From assembly GCF_963921235.1 (NCBI RefSeq), contig NC_086097.1, positions 50,098,001 to 50,162,000 on the forward strand: a stretch of 64,000 nucleotides of DNA. The letters run 5' to 3'. The stretch comes from Mobula hypostoma. Lineage: Eukaryota. Shown one piece after another: positions 48,075 to 61,759 of this stretch. The position numbers were made by a program, and so were the translations under genes. The stretch's first letter is position 1. Each line of letters opens with the position of its first letter. The notes beneath the pieces are model-generated. The model had not been told where the DNA came from. It did no database searches and worked only from the letters and a program-made list of their open reading frames with translations.

Positions 48075-51000
48075 AGTTAAGACCACAAGATATAGGAGCA
48101 GAATTAGGCCATTTGGCCCATTGAGTCTGCTCTGCCATTTTATCATGGCGGATCCATTTTTTGCCTCACCACCCAATTTCCTGCCTCTTTCTCTCCCCCC
48201 CCCCCACCCCCACCCCCCACCCGGTATCCCTTCATACCCTGACCAATCAAGAATCTCTCAACCACGTAAAAACTTGGCCTCCACTGCTGCCTGTGGCAAC
48301 AAATTCCACAAATTTACTACTGTCTGGCTAAAGAAATTCTTCCTCATCTCTGTTCTAAAAGGACACCCCTCTATATTGAGGCTGTGTCCTCTGATCTTAG
48401 ACACTCCCACCATAAGGTGCATCCTTTCCACATCCACTCTATCAAGGCCTTTCACCATTGGATAGGTTTCAATTAGGTCACCCTTCATTCTTCTAACTCC
48501 AGTGAATACAAGCCCAGAGCCATCAAATGTTCTTCATATAACAAGCAGTTTAATTCTGGAACCATTTTTGTGAACCTCCCTTGAACCCTTCCGGTTTCAG
48601 CAAATCCTTTTTAAGATAAGGGTACCAAAATGGCACAAAATACTCCAAATGAGGCCTCACCAGTGCTTTATAAAGTCTTAGCATTACATCCTTGCTTTTA
48701 TATTCTAGTCCTCTTGAAACAAACTCTACCAGCAAATTAAGTTTTAGGGAATACTGCACAAGGACTCCCAAATTCCTTTGCACCTCGATTTTTTTGTGTG
48801 TTTTTTCTCTCCATTTAGTTAACCCTTTCATTTCTTCTACCAAAGTGCATGACCATACACTTCCCAACACTGTATCCTATCTGCCACTTATTTGCCAATT
48901 CAACTGATCTGTCTAAGTCCTTATGTAGCATCCTATTTCCTCAAAACTACCTGCCCCTCCACCTATCTTCGTATCATCTGCCATCAATTCTGTCTTCCAA
49001 ATTATTGACACATAGCATTAAAAAAATCAGTCCCAACACAGGCCCCTGTGGAGTACCACTAGTCACTGGCAGCCAGCCAGAAAAGGCTCCTTTTACTCCC
49101 ACTGTTGACCTCCTGCCAATCAGCCACTGCTTTATCCTTGCTAGAATCTTTCCTGTAAAACCGTGGGCTTGTAGCTTGTTAAGCAGCCTCATGCATGGCA
49201 ACTTGTCAAAGGCCTTCTGAAAATCCAAGTAGACAACATCCACTGATTCTCCTTTGTCTATCCTACTTGTTATTGCTTCAAAGAATTCCAACAGATTTGT
49301 CAGGAAAGATTTTCCCTGAAGAAACCATGCTGACTATGGCCTATTTTATCATGTGCCTTCAAGTACCCCGAAACCACATCCTTAATAATTGACTCCAACA
49401 TCTTCCCAACCACTGAAGTCAGACTAACTGGCCTATAGTTTCCTTTCTTCTGCCTCTCACCCATCTTGAAGAGTGGTCTGACGTTTGCAATTTTCCAGTC
49501 TTCCAGAACCATTCCAGAATCTAGTGATGCCTCAATGATCTCTTCAGCCACCTCTTGCAGAACCCTGGGGTGTACACCATCTATCCAGGTGACATCTACC
49601 TTCAGACTTTTCAGTTTCCCAGAATCTTCACTCCAGTTATGGTAACTTCATGCCCCCTGACATCTGGAACTTCCATTATACTGCTAATGTCTTCCACCAT
49701 GAAGGCTGATGCAAAATTCAGCTTGTCCGCCATTTCCTTGTCTCCTATTACTACCTCTCCAGCATTGTTTTCCAGTGGTTCAATATCCACTCTCATCTCA
49801 CTTTTACTCTTTATGTATCTGAAGAAACTTCTGGTATCATCTTTAATATTATTGGCTAGCTTACTTTCGTATTCCATCTTTACCTTAATGACTTTTTTAG
49901 CAGTCTTTTGTTGGTTTTTAAAAGCTTCCCAATCCTCTAACTTCCCATTAATTTTTGCTCTCTTATTTGCCCTCTCTTTGGCTTTTATGTTGGCTTTGAC
50001 TTCCCTTGTTAGCCATGGTTGTGTTATCTTGCCTTTCACTTTGGGATGTATCTATCCCGTGCCTTCCAAATTGCTTCCAGAAATTCCAGCCATTGCTGCT
50101 CTGTCATCATTCCTGCCAGTGTTCTTTTCCAATCAATTCTGGCCAACTCCTCTCTTGTGCCCCTCTAATTCCCTTTACTCCTCTGTAATACGGATACATC
50201 TTACTTTTTTTTTTAGATTATGAGGACACGCAGTCCTCTTTTATTGTCATTTAGTAATGCATGCATTAAGAAATGATACAATTTTTTCCCAGAATGATAT
50301 CACGGGAACACATGACAAACCAAGACTGAAAAACTGACAAAACCACATAATTATAACATATAGTTACAACAGTGCAAAGCAATACCGTAATTTGATAAGA
50401 ACAGACCATGGGCACGATACAGTCTCAAAGTCTCTCGAAAGTCCCTTGAAAGTCCCATCATCTCATGCAGATGGTAAACCTCCGGTGCCGCAAACTTGCC
50501 GATGCAGCATCCCGGAAGCATCCGAACACAGTCCGAGTCCGAGTCCATCCGAAAACTCCGAGCCTCCGACCAGCTGCCCGACACCGATGCACCGAGCACC
50601 ATCTCCGCCAAGCGCTTTGATCCCGGCCCCGGAACAGGCAATAGGCAAGGCCGAGGATTTGGGGCCTTCCCTCCGGAGATTCTTGATCTCACAGTAGCAG
50701 CAGCAGCGAAGCAGGCATTTCAGAAGTTTCTCCAGATGTTCCTCCATGCTTCTTCACTTCTGTCTCTATCAAATCAGGATTGTGCACGGCATCCTACTTC
50801 ACAGATACAATATCAATTTGGAATGGCTGCACGGGCTGCATCGTGCTGCCATCTTCTCCTCCCTCCTTCACAAGGTGTCTTTAGCTTCTCTTTCTCAAAT
50901 TTCAGGGTGAATTTGATCATATTATGATCACTTTTCCCTAAGGGTTCTTTTACCTTAAGCTCTCTAATCAAATTCAGTTCATTGTACAAACACCCAAACC

Positions 51001-52250
51001 AGAATAGCTGATACACTAGTGGGCTTAACCATGAGCTGCTCTAAAAAGACATCTTGTAGGCATTCTAGAAATCCAGCACAAACCTGATTTTTTTCCAATC
51101 TATCTGCATATTGAAATACCCCATGACCTTTGTAACATTGCCCTTTTGCCAAGTATTTGCTATCTCTGTTATAACTTGTAGACCACATCCTTACTACTGT
51201 TTGGGGGAATCTGTATGTACCTCCCATCAGGGTCTTTTTACCCCTGCAGTTCCTTACTGTATCCACGATTCAACAGCTTCCGACCCTATGTCACCTCTTT
51301 ATAATGATATATTTTCACTTTTTACCAACAAGTTACGCCACACCCTCTGCCTTCCTATCCATCCTTTTGATTCAACGTGTATCCTTGGACATTAATCTCC
51401 CAGCTATAATCTTCTTTCAGCCATGATTCAGTGATGCCTACAACATCATACATGCCAATCTGTAACTCTACTACCAGATCATCTACCTTATTCTGTATGC
51501 TGCGTGCTTTCAGATATAACACCTTTAATCCTCTATTCACCCGTTTCGATTTTGTCTGCCTTTTATGTTGCAACTCATCCTGTTGACTTCAATTTTGCCC
51601 TGTCATCAGCGTCTTCTTGCTAGGAGTCTCAGTACACATTGGCTCTGTTTGTAAATCAACTACATCATCTTCAGCACTATCACTCTGGTTTCTCTCCCTC
51701 TACCAAATTAGTTTAAACCCATCCAAGCAATTCTAGCCAGCCTGCCCTCAAGGATATTGGACCCCTCGAGTTCAGGTGTAATCCATCCCTTTTGTACAAG
51801 TCATACCTTCCCCAGAAGAGATCCCAATGATCCATAAATCTGAACCCCTGCCCCCTGCACCAGTCCTCAGCCACGCATTCACCTGCCAATTCATGCTATT
51901 CTTACCCTCACTAGCCAATGGCACAGGCAGCAATCCAGAGCTCACTTCTCTGGAGGTCCTGTTTCTCAACTTTCTGCTTAGCTCCCTAAAATCTTTCTTC
52001 AGGACCTCCTTATCATGTCTACCTAGGTCATTGGTGCCAATACGTACCAAGACTTCCGGCTGCTCACCCTCACCCTTAAGAATACCATAGATATGATCCG
52101 AGACCTCCTGATTCTGGCACCAAGGAGGCAACATACCACAAGGGTGTCTCAATCATGCCCTCAGAACCTCATCTCTGCTCTTCTAAGCCACAGTGCCAGA
52201 GATTCAGTCACCGGGCTCCTCCCTGGTAGGTCGTCCCCCTCTTGCTGATT
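48075..52250 (-). mobile_element. Near full-length decayed CR1 (ORF1 esterase ~51700-52150, ORF2 to the 3' tail)
   Basis: ORFs RIGTND..., LYLKARSIQNK, DVVYLDFQKAFDK and SLNIEGCPFRTEMR. Confidence 0.9.
50210..50866 (-). mobile_element. Second copy of the ~660-bp AAGATGGCG-headed element, inserted in CR1
   Basis: Reverse complement of 31499-32165; poly(A) tail at ~50205-50214. Confidence 0.82.
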
Positions 52251-52268
52251 GGTCGCTCCTCAACTCAG

Positions 52269-52570
52269 GAAAACTGCCATGAAACTCAGCCTTCAAAATC
52301 TTGATCACTGCCCTGATTTTAAAAGTAGCTCTTTTCATACACCCCTGGCATGGATTGTCCAACTCAGAAAACTGACTTGAAGTTCTGCTTTTTAAATCTT
52401 GAACGTGAACCTGACTGAAAGGTAGCATTTTTTACACACTGCTGCTTACCGATTGTCACTCCCCAAAACGGAAAAACTGCCCAAAACTCTGCCTTCAAAA
52501 TCTTGATTGCCACCCTGTTTAAAAGTAGCTCTTTTCACACATCCCTGATGTGGATTGTCCAATTTAAGAA
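52269..52570. repeat. ~100-bp direct repeat, 2 copies about 203 bp apart, just 5' of the CR1
   Basis: aaaactgcc...ccttcaaaatcttgat...aaaagtagctcttttca...tggattgtccaa at ~52269 and ~52473. Confidence 0.85.
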
Positions 52571-53284
52571 GTACAGTGATAAAAATAATAAAAATTGATG
52601 CTATGTATAAAATACATCACAATTTGAAAGGCTCAAATTATGCATAGAATTTCTTGATATATTTGTCATTCCTAAAATGTATCATGCTTCGAAACCCTTT
52701 TTTTTAAACAGTTCATGCATGTGAAATGTTTTGAATATGCTCTGAATTTCGTCTATATGCTTTTACTTGTAGAAACTAAATAATATTGAATGCTGAAATG
52801 CACTGGTAGATTTCAAACATCAAGAAATTCTGTGCTTGTGGTGGTGCATATGGTTATGCTGAGATTATAACCTAGGGAGCATAATAATTCCTGAATTGTT
52901 CATGCTTCTTTCTTATTTTATAAAATAACAGAACACCTCAATTGATTACAAAAAAAACCAAAAATAATATCATCTTGTTTGATTTCTATCTTTTCTCAGT
53001 TCTTATGAAAGATCATTGAGCTGGAAAGTGAACTGTTTCTCACTCCATTGATGATCCTTGGCCTGTTGAGTATTTTCAGTACTTTGTCGTTAGTCCCTCA
53101 ATAGATATAGTATCCTATGCCTCCATGATTTCATCTGTGAAATACATGTTATTTTTCCATAGGTTTTAATGAAAAATGCATATTTACTTACAGCAATAAA
53201 TGAGCATTGGGTAAGGTGGCAATTTTCTATTCATCACAATCCCCATTTTCATCACCTTCTCTATTGATACATTTTTTTTCTCCA

Positions 53285-53915
53285 ACATGCAGATAGACGG
53301 GGTGGTCAAGAAGGCATTCGACATGCTGGCCTTCAGTCAGGGCACTGAGAGCAGAAGTTGAGATGCTATAAGACAGTGGTGAGACTATTTGGAATATTGT
53401 TTTTAGTTTTTGTCACCCTCTGAAGGAAAGATGCCATTAAGCTGGAAAAAGTGCAGAGGAAATTTATGAGGATGCTGCTGTGACTCAAAGAATCTCAGAG
53501 AGGCGTTGAATCAGTTGCCTCTTTTTTCACTGAAGCAAAGGTGACTGAGGGATGATTTTATAAAGATGCATTAAAATTATGAGGGCCATAGATGGGGCAA
53601 ATGCACACTATCTTTTCAAAGAGTTGAGAAATCAAGAACTAGTGGGCATAGGTTTAAGGTGGCAGGGAGGAAATGTAATAAGAAGCTGAGGGGGAATTGT
53701 TTTCAACCAAAGAGTGGTCAGTATATGGAATGAGCTTTCTGAGGAAGTGGTTGAGGCAAATGCATTAACAATATTTAGAAGGTACACAGATAGGAAAGAT
53801 TTAGAGGGATGCGGACCAAGCACAGGCTAATGAGACTAACTTAAATGGAAACCTTGCTCAACATGGGCCAGTTGGGCTGAAGCCCCCATTTCTGTGCTGT
53901 ATGGCTCTGTGACTT
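53285..53915 (+). mobile_element. CR1 3' fragment
   Basis: Decayed RT C-terminus and 3' tail. Confidence 0.75.
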
Positions 53916-53969
53916 TATTTTCGGTCAAATTTCACAGCAAACAATATACACAAGTTAAGTAATCTGCTC

Positions 53970-54843
53970 TGTTACGTACCCCGTAACTGGGTTGCCAAAC
54001 CAGCAGAAATGGATCACTCAGTTGGAGTCTGGATTACTAGAACTAAGAAAGTTATATTAAAGAAACAAGCAACACAGTACTCTAATCAAAAGGATAATGA
54101 ATGCAACAGTTCAGCAATGATAAACATACATGTACACAGAATTCAGATAACAGGATCAATCAAGCTCTATCGTTGTCTAGGGGTAAATGACCAGTTTCAA
54201 AGTGACACAAAGTTCAGTTCAATTTAGTTCAGTTCAGTTCGCAGTAATCGCTGCCAGGGCGATGGACAGTGGGGGGAAGGAGAGAGAGAGCAAAACGAAT
54301 GAATATTCAAAACAGCTTCCACACAGACCTTCGCAGTCAGCTTTTGGGCGAGCCCTTTGTGATGTCATCTGAGGTCACCGACCGTGACCCCTCCGTTTCC
54401 AGGTACGATCGTTTCCCTGCGGTGAACCTGGCACCCAGGCAAGGGTGGACACACACCAGGTTCCCGCCGATCGTGCCTTTCCACCCTGTGCGTCTATGGC
54501 CCGATACTTCCCACCGACTTGTGAGAGACACACCGCTTCCAGGGTCTTGTTACCTCTGGTGTCATGTGTGTGTTGCCTTAGCGAACCTGTCCCTTTTTAT
54601 CCCCCTGCTGGGGTATCGTCTGTCCATCACTTCAAACAGTTCAGGGTTCAAAGGGGGAGCCGCTCTTGACAGCCCTCTCCTTCTGTTACTCTCTCTCCTG
54701 TCCCTTCATTACACATCTCCAAATGCTGCTCCATTGTTTTCCTTATCTCTCTCTCTCCTGAAGACAGGTGGCAGACCAACTGCTGCTCCCACTGGTGCCG
54801 GCACAGGACAGCTACATCTTAATCTATGTGTATTCTTGTCACA
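53970..54843. mobile_element. Solo LTR (Gypsy-like), 4-bp TSD GCTC
   Basis: gctc|TGTTACGTACCCCG...GTCACA|gctc; homologous to 38727-39556. Confidence 0.9.
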
Positions 54844-56249
54844 GCTCTTAAACTTTCAGTTTGTCATTGTAAAGCAACATTTCATGAGAGGAGAAAGGTA
54901 AATCAGTTTATCCTGGAGATTTTCCTTTTCATTTGTGCGGAAGAACATTATAATATCTCTGCCAGTCATTAATCACTCTACATGGACCAGAACTTCACCA
55001 TCAGGAGAGTAGTAGGCATCAACTGTTAATCTGTTGAACTTCTGGCAAGGGCATTCATGCTGTCAATTGATGGTGTGGCACTTCATTACATTAACTGGCT
55101 ACTCTTCCAGCCACATTGATTTAATATTGCAGTGAAGAAAAAGTCTTTAAAATATGTCTTGTTTATCAGAATCTGCAAAAACTTGTTTTCTGATAATGTG
55201 AATCACTACAGAGCAATATAATGGCATCATTATCAACATAATAATTGCTTTATTGAAAAATCTTTTTTAAATATTTAAAAGAATTTGATGTTGTGTACTG
55301 TACTTAGTTTCTAATCTAGAGGCGTACGTTCCACTTACATAAAACCAATGAGTAACTCATGGGAAAGTATCCTGTTCTTACAGATTTATCATTGGGCAGC
55401 CAAGCACATACCAAGCTAAAAATAATTAGAAGCCCATGTGAGTCACAGGGTGGAAGCCAGCACATTAGCAAAATAGTTTGGAGATTTCTTCTGCCAACTC
55501 TGTGGGAAATAGTAGGTTTATTTTTTTATTTTACTTTCTTTAGTTATTTGTTTTATTTTGTTATCTTTAATTACTCTGGTTTTAATTGTTTTATTTTTAA
55601 TTATTGCAGTCCATTTGAATAATCTTTTAAATGCTTTCCATGATCAAAGATATCTTTTAATCCTTTTTACAGCAGAAAGCTGTCCAAGCTGTTTTGAGGG
55701 TAGAGCCTTGGGATTGATGCTCCAAATCTACTCACATCCCTTGCACCCTATTTTTCACTGCAAGAATCTTCTTGGATCCACTGGGTCAATTCTTTCAGCC
55801 TTCCACATCCAAAAAATGTGAGCGGACAGGCATTGCACATAGCAAGCCTGGCCTACAGACCAGATGCAGTGTGATCAAGCCCATTTAGATGTCAGTATTC
55901 AGTTCTTAGTAATTTTAATCATAATTTTATGATTAAAACAAAAACTGGATATTGGTCACATCAAACCACACTTTATCATGTCACATGCACATAATCACCA
56001 AAGTGGATATTAATAAATAAAAATATTTAAATAGCTAAAATCTAAAACAGAAACAAAAAAAATGCCCATATGAAATAAACACACAGCTGGTTAGCCAACA
56101 TCTGTGGAAAAAGAAACATTTTATCTGGGTGTTCTACAAACCCAGAATTAACATAGTTATTAAAAGCATTTTTTTAGACTGATGGTGCACTTAGAAGTAG
56201 GTAATGAAGAAATGTTTAAACAGAGATAATAATTTGTGCAAAATACAAA

Positions 56250-56785
56250 CTTCTGGAGAAGCACCCGAACTCAGAATGGAGGAGCAACACTTCATATTCT
56301 GTCTGGGTAGCCTCCAACCTGACATCATGAACATCAATTTCTCTAACTTCCAGTAACCACCCTCCTCTCTTTTATCCCCATCCTCTTCTTCTCTCTTTTT
56401 CCATTCCCCTCTCATCCCATCTTCCCTGCCCATCACTCCTTCTGGTTCCCCACCTCCTGCCTTTATTATAGAGTCCTCCATCCTCGCCTATTAACCCTTT
56501 ACCTCTTCCACCTATCACTTCCCAGCTTGTTGCAACCCACACCCACCCACCTACCTTCCCTCTCACTTGGTCCCACCTGCCACCTGCCAGCTTGCACTGC
56601 TCCCCTCTCTCCATTTTTTAGTTCTGTCTTCTGCCCTCTCATTTTCCAGTCTTGATAAAGGACCTTGCCCCAAAACATTGGCTGTTTGTTTATCTCCTTA
56701 TATGCTGCCTCACTTGCTGAGTTCCTCCAGCATTCTGTGTGTGGGTTGCTCAGGATTTCCAGCATCTGCAGAATTTCTTGTGTCA
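56250..56785 (+). mobile_element. Penelope-like 3' end
   Basis: LRMEEQHFIFCLGSLQPDIMNINFSNF remnant; homologous to 21880-22370. Confidence 0.85.
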
Positions 56786-57559
56786 ATAAATTAATGGAAA
56801 AACTCAGTGTATCAAACAGCAGAGGTGGAAGCAAGAGATAGTTAACATTTCAGTCTGAGACCCTGCAGAATAATTTTGTACTCTTCATTGCTGCTAAGAT
56901 GTTGCAAAGGATGCAGCATACATGGAAAGCAAATCTGCTCTTAAATTGGTCACCAGTGTCTGTAAAATTGGAATATCAGAAAACAATTGAAAAAACAAAC
57001 TTCAAAGCTATTTAAATTGCAGAATAACTACCATGCCTGTTCCATTTCATTCATTTTTTTTTGTGTAGGAGGAAGGATTTGGGAGTCAATGTTCCTGTTC
57101 CATTTTTGTTCGTTTTTGTGCAGGAGGAGGGATTTGAGGGTGTTGAAGTGCCTGTTCCATTTTGTTCATTTATTTTTGTGTGGGAGGAGGGATGTGGGGT
57201 TGATGTGCCTGTTTCGTGTTTATTTGTTTTGTGTGCTGTGAGTGGGTGGATTCTGAGGGTTGATGATTTCTCCTTTCACTCCGTATCATGGCTATCTAGA
57301 GAAGAAGAATTTCAGCGTTGTGTACTTTGATAATAAAATGAACCTTTGATTTAAAAGTGATCATGCAATTGGAACAAATATTTAAATGATATGTATTAAT
57401 TAAATTTTATACTTTTAATTTTGTGTTGTAGTTATACATAGCAAGTTTTGTGGTAATATAAAAAGCCAATCATTGTACACATATGATTATTGGCACTAGG
57501 TGAGAGGTACTGCGGCAGTTTTCCAAATATGCCTTGGCCTTCAGAATTTAAGTTGTTAA

Positions 57560-57825
57560 GAGTCAGAGGTGTGCAGCACAGAAACGGGGTCTTTGGCTCA
57601 AATCATTAAGCACAAATGTATATTAATTTATTTTTTTCTCATCACATTCCCATAACAGATTTTACCATTCACATACTCATTAGGAGCAATTTACAATTGC
57701 AAACTAAATGTTTTTGAAATGTGGGATGAAACCAGAGCACCAAGAGGAAACACATATTGTTACAGGACTCCACACAGTCAGCATCAGAGGTCAGGATTGA
57801 AATTGGGCCACTGAATTTGTGATCA
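57560..57825 (-). mobile_element. Decayed tRNA-derived SINE
   Basis: Minus strand ttcaatcctgacctct...ggtttcatcccacatttcaaaa. Confidence 0.6.
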
Positions 57826-57922
57826 CTTCTTAAAAAAAAAATCTAATTCCTATGTGGCACAGATGAATCTCAGCGACTGCTTGCTGGCGGCCAATAAAAC
57901 AAAGAAAACATCTAAATACTTT

Positions 57923-58097
57923 CACAAACAAGAGAAAATCTGAAGATACTGGAAATCCAAGCAACGCACATGAAGTGCTGGAGGAACTCAGCAGGTCAGG
58001 CAGCATCTGTGGGGAAAAAAGTACAATCACCTCTCGGCTGTACTTTTTTCTATAATGCTTCCTGGCCTGCTGAGATCCTCAGCATTTTGTCTATGTT
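57923..58097. mobile_element. Palindromic Penelope-tail insertion with 13-bp TSD ATCTAAATACTTT
   Basis: TSD at 57910-57922 and 58098-58110; the arms are inverted copies of the Penelope terminal sequence. Confidence 0.85.
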
Positions 58098-58149
58098 ATC
58101 TAAATACTTTATTAATCACACTGTTTCTGGTAAATGATCACTGCAAACA

Positions 58150-58912
58150 ATAGCTTATAACTTCCCTGGTGGAATTGAGCTTTTGAACCGCCAGTATGAC
58201 ATGGCATTTTTGTGACGTGAACTGAAATCTCAGAGGAGCGGGACGGATACGACTAGTCTGGGCTGGAGAGCAGGGAATGAACTGATGTATGGCTGTTGCT
58301 GGAGCAGAAACGAGGCAAGGCAGAGTCAAGACAGAATCTGGGCCTGTGAGTGAGCAAAGGCCTGAGGTTTGATCAAATAAAGTGCTGAGTTGAACTGGAA
58401 AGATCAGGTATGGACTGAATCGAGGCAGCAGCACCCGGACCCGAGAGCATATCAAAGAGACGGCCTGGGTTCAAGAGCATATCAAAGAAGCAGGGCCCAG
58501 GTCTGAGAGCAAGGAATGACATGAGGTTTGGATGATTTAACCAGCAAGCCAGATTGAAATGGTCAGGGGGTCAGGGTGTCAGAGTTCAGGCAAGGCATGG
58601 GCCAGGTCAGCTCAATGCTCCATGAGGTTTACCCATCACTGCGCTGAACAGAGGCTGTGACACGCAGCTAATGGACTTCTGAATTGGATGTAGTGATGCT
58701 TGGCTTCATGAACTTCAGTTCTGAATGCTATTTGCTTACTTTTATTGTTTGCACGATTTGTTTTGTTTTCTCTGCACATTGGGTATGTGACGGTCTTCTT
58801 TTGTTTTAATGTGTTCTATTGGGTTTCTTTGTTTTGTGACTGCCTTTTAACCTCAAGGTTGCATTAAGTATTCTGTACATACTTTGATAATAAATGTTCT
58901 TTGAACTTTGAA
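58150..58912 (+). mobile_element. Non-autonomous element with a Rex1-like 3' tail; a related end lies at ~57060-57350
   Basis: Ends ...tactttgataataaatgttctttgaactttga. Confidence 0.55.
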
Positions 58913-60429
58913 TTAGTATGGATTGTGGAATATCTGTGGGTGTTACCAATACAATAAGGTATGGTTTGAAGATTATTCACTACTCCTTATTTCTTATGTT
59001 CTCACTTCATTAGGAACTTGATTCATTGTAATTTATACAGGCTCAGTTTCCTTAATTTTACAAAATCCGTGATGCAGACTTTATGTTCAAAATTTGCTTC
59101 TATGATTCTGAAATATGCTACTTTGCTGATAAATTCTCCTTACAGTAAAATGGAGAGCAAGTTAATTCCTACAACACTGCATTAGATGTTTAAAAAACAC
59201 CCTTCCCAGCAGCAGAGCACACCTAAAACATTTGGAGCCAAAGAAATGTTTTTGAAGTGTTGTTACTATGATAACATTGATGTATAACATGAATCAACAA
59301 TAAAGTGAAGCTTAATTTTTTCTTATAGAAGGGATTATTAGCCCATACTTGCACATTAGGTGCTTCTCCTATATCTGGGTTATATTAAATGCAGGATTCA
59401 AGCTGTCAAATACAGAAGTGGGCTGGAATCCCAAAAGAATATTGAACACCTATAGTTCCCCAACAGAGTTGCCAAGTTTTTCAACAGCAGCAAACAGTTC
59501 AGAGCAATACAATCTTCATTCTATGTCAGCCTAGTGGTTCTATGCTGTCATTATATTCTTCAGTTCAGAACAAAAGCAGTAACAGTAATACAATTAATTG
59601 ATGAGAGAAAGATTTAAAGAATATCATTCTAATTAAATACATGTATCTGATTAACAGCTTCATTACTATGAAAAGCCATCAAAGAAAGAATATATTTTTT
59701 AATCAAAACTAAAATCAATGCCACATATTTCAAGAAGAATGAAGTGACCTTCAAGATTCAACAGTCAGACAAACAATGTAAAGGGGTCAATGCTGAAATT
59801 CTATTTTGGCTCCTGGTTCCATGTGATGTATAACAAAATATTGCAAATGAAAAATACTCTGAAGCATTCATTGCTTCCTCAATTATAAATCTTAACTTTC
59901 TGTAACATGGTTGAATTCACTACACGCTGGTGCGTAGGCATGACTAAAAATATATATTCATACACTTAGATTGAGTTCATCTTTTTAATTCAAAGAAACA
60001 AAATAGAGATCAGATTTTAAACTGAACTTTGCCCTTAATTCATAGATAATTTAGACTATGAACCTAGTTCACCTAATACACATTATAAATTAAAATGTCT
60101 TTAACTCATTGTCCACCAGATTATACTCAGAAAAAAATGGCTTTAAATAGCTATTTTTATCAGTTGGTTTGGAATAGGGAACCAATTAATACTACAATGC
60201 TTAATCAATGTGGGCATATTTAGCTGAGGAAACTTTCTTGTCTGATTCCACTTTTAGGAAAAATTAGCTGCACAAGTGAGCTATTCATTTATCTTTTTAA
60301 TGTGAATGCAGTTTGTGCAATCATGTAATATTTGTTTCTGTGTATTATTCAAATGGTGCCTGAGACCTTGCATTTAACAAAGCACAAGTAAGCTCAGAGT
60401 TAAGTACTTTGAACAAGGATTGATTCAAA

Positions 60430-60700
60430 TGATTACCGACTGGGGTTTGATTCCTGCCACTGTCTGTAGGGAGTTTGCATGTTCTTCCTGTGACCGAGTG
60501 CTTAGATTTCCTCCCACATTCCAAAGATGTACGGTCAGATTTAGGAAGTTGTGAGTATGCAACGTTGACACCGGAAATGTGGTGACAGTTGTGGGCTGCC
60601 TAGCGCAGTCCTTGTTGATTTGATTTGTTACAGATGACAGATCTCACTGTATGTTTAGATGTTTCAATGTACATGTGACAAATAAAACTTATCTTTTAAA
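60430..60700 (+). mobile_element. tRNA-derived SINE, 5' eroded
   Basis: gggtttgattcctgccactgtctgtagggagtttg...cctcccacattccaaagatgta. Confidence 0.75.
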
Positions 60701-61678
60701 TGTTTTCTTTACATACATAGCATATGCATTTGATTCTCTAAAACATGGCAGTGTAAGTACAGCAAAAATACATATTTGTAATGCACCTTTTATGCAGTAA
60801 AATAGAGATGTAATCAAACAAAGCTGAAAAAGGTTGGATTGGGTGGCTAAAAGCTAGGCAAAAAGAACAATTTTAAGGTGTGTTTTGAGATGAAAGATGA
60901 AAGGCAGATTTACAGAAATTAGGACCTATCTGGCTTAAGACAATTATAGTAGGTATGTACTTGCAGCAAGGGTTGCAGGAAATCAGGCTTCTTGGAGCTC
61001 AGAAGAATGTTACAAATATAGAACTAGTGAGAGACCATAAATTATTTGAATATGAGAATGACAGCCAGTGTAATTGGCTGTGACAGAGGTAAGAGGGATT
61101 TGGTAGAGGTTAGAATACAGGCAATCAAGTTACAGATTGGAAGGTTTAGGAGGTGGAAAGCAAGTCAGGAGAACACAGGAATAGTATTTTCTCAAGCTAG
61201 CAAAAGCATGTTTTATAACATGAATGGAAAATTAACAGAATGTTATAGGGAAGAAATTATAGCTCTCTAAAATGTAGAGAATATTCGTTTGGTTTGGAAA
61301 CTCAGCCAGGGGTCAGAGGTTGTGAACTGTCTGGTTCAAACTGAGATGTGAACTAGGGAGGTACTTGGAATTAGTAAATGGCTCATTTGGAATTGGTGTT
61401 GGATAAATTTTCTGACAATGGAGAGGCAGAAATGTAAAGTCATGCAAATTGACCAAATTTATAAGTTGTTACTACTTAATGAAACCGGGATTGGGAAACA
61501 AAATAACCTGGCTTGGCCCCAAGTTTTACTGTTGGTGGCGGAGCTGGTCCAACAGGCTAGATGGCCCAGTCCTGCTCCTGTTTCTGATGCTCTCATTTCT
61601 AATAAATGCAACTGCCCAGAAATTAATATTGTACTTTAGTATTCAATATGTATTGACTAAATACTAGCTCAGCTCAGA

Positions 61679-61750
61679 TCCCAGCTACCCCATCAGTAGA
61701 GCATGAGATCCTTAATGGCAGAGTCATGGGTTTGAGCTTCATATTGGACA
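61679..61750 (+). pseudogene. Degenerate tRNA-Lys(CTT) copy or SINE head
   Basis: cccagcta..catcagtagagcatgagatcCTTaatggcagagtcatgggtttgagcttcatattggaca aligns with vertebrate tRNA-Lys-CTT; stems are broken. Confidence 0.75.
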
Positions 61751-61759
61751 TGAGGTTTT

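Noticed and set aside
38727..54843. The two similar LTRs as ends of one 16-kb LTR retrotransposon
   Set aside because: Each has its own TSD (ACAC, GCTC), their ends differ, and no gag/pol lies between them.
61679..61750. A functional tRNA-Lys gene
   Set aside because: The acceptor, D and anticodon stems and the T-loop are disrupted.
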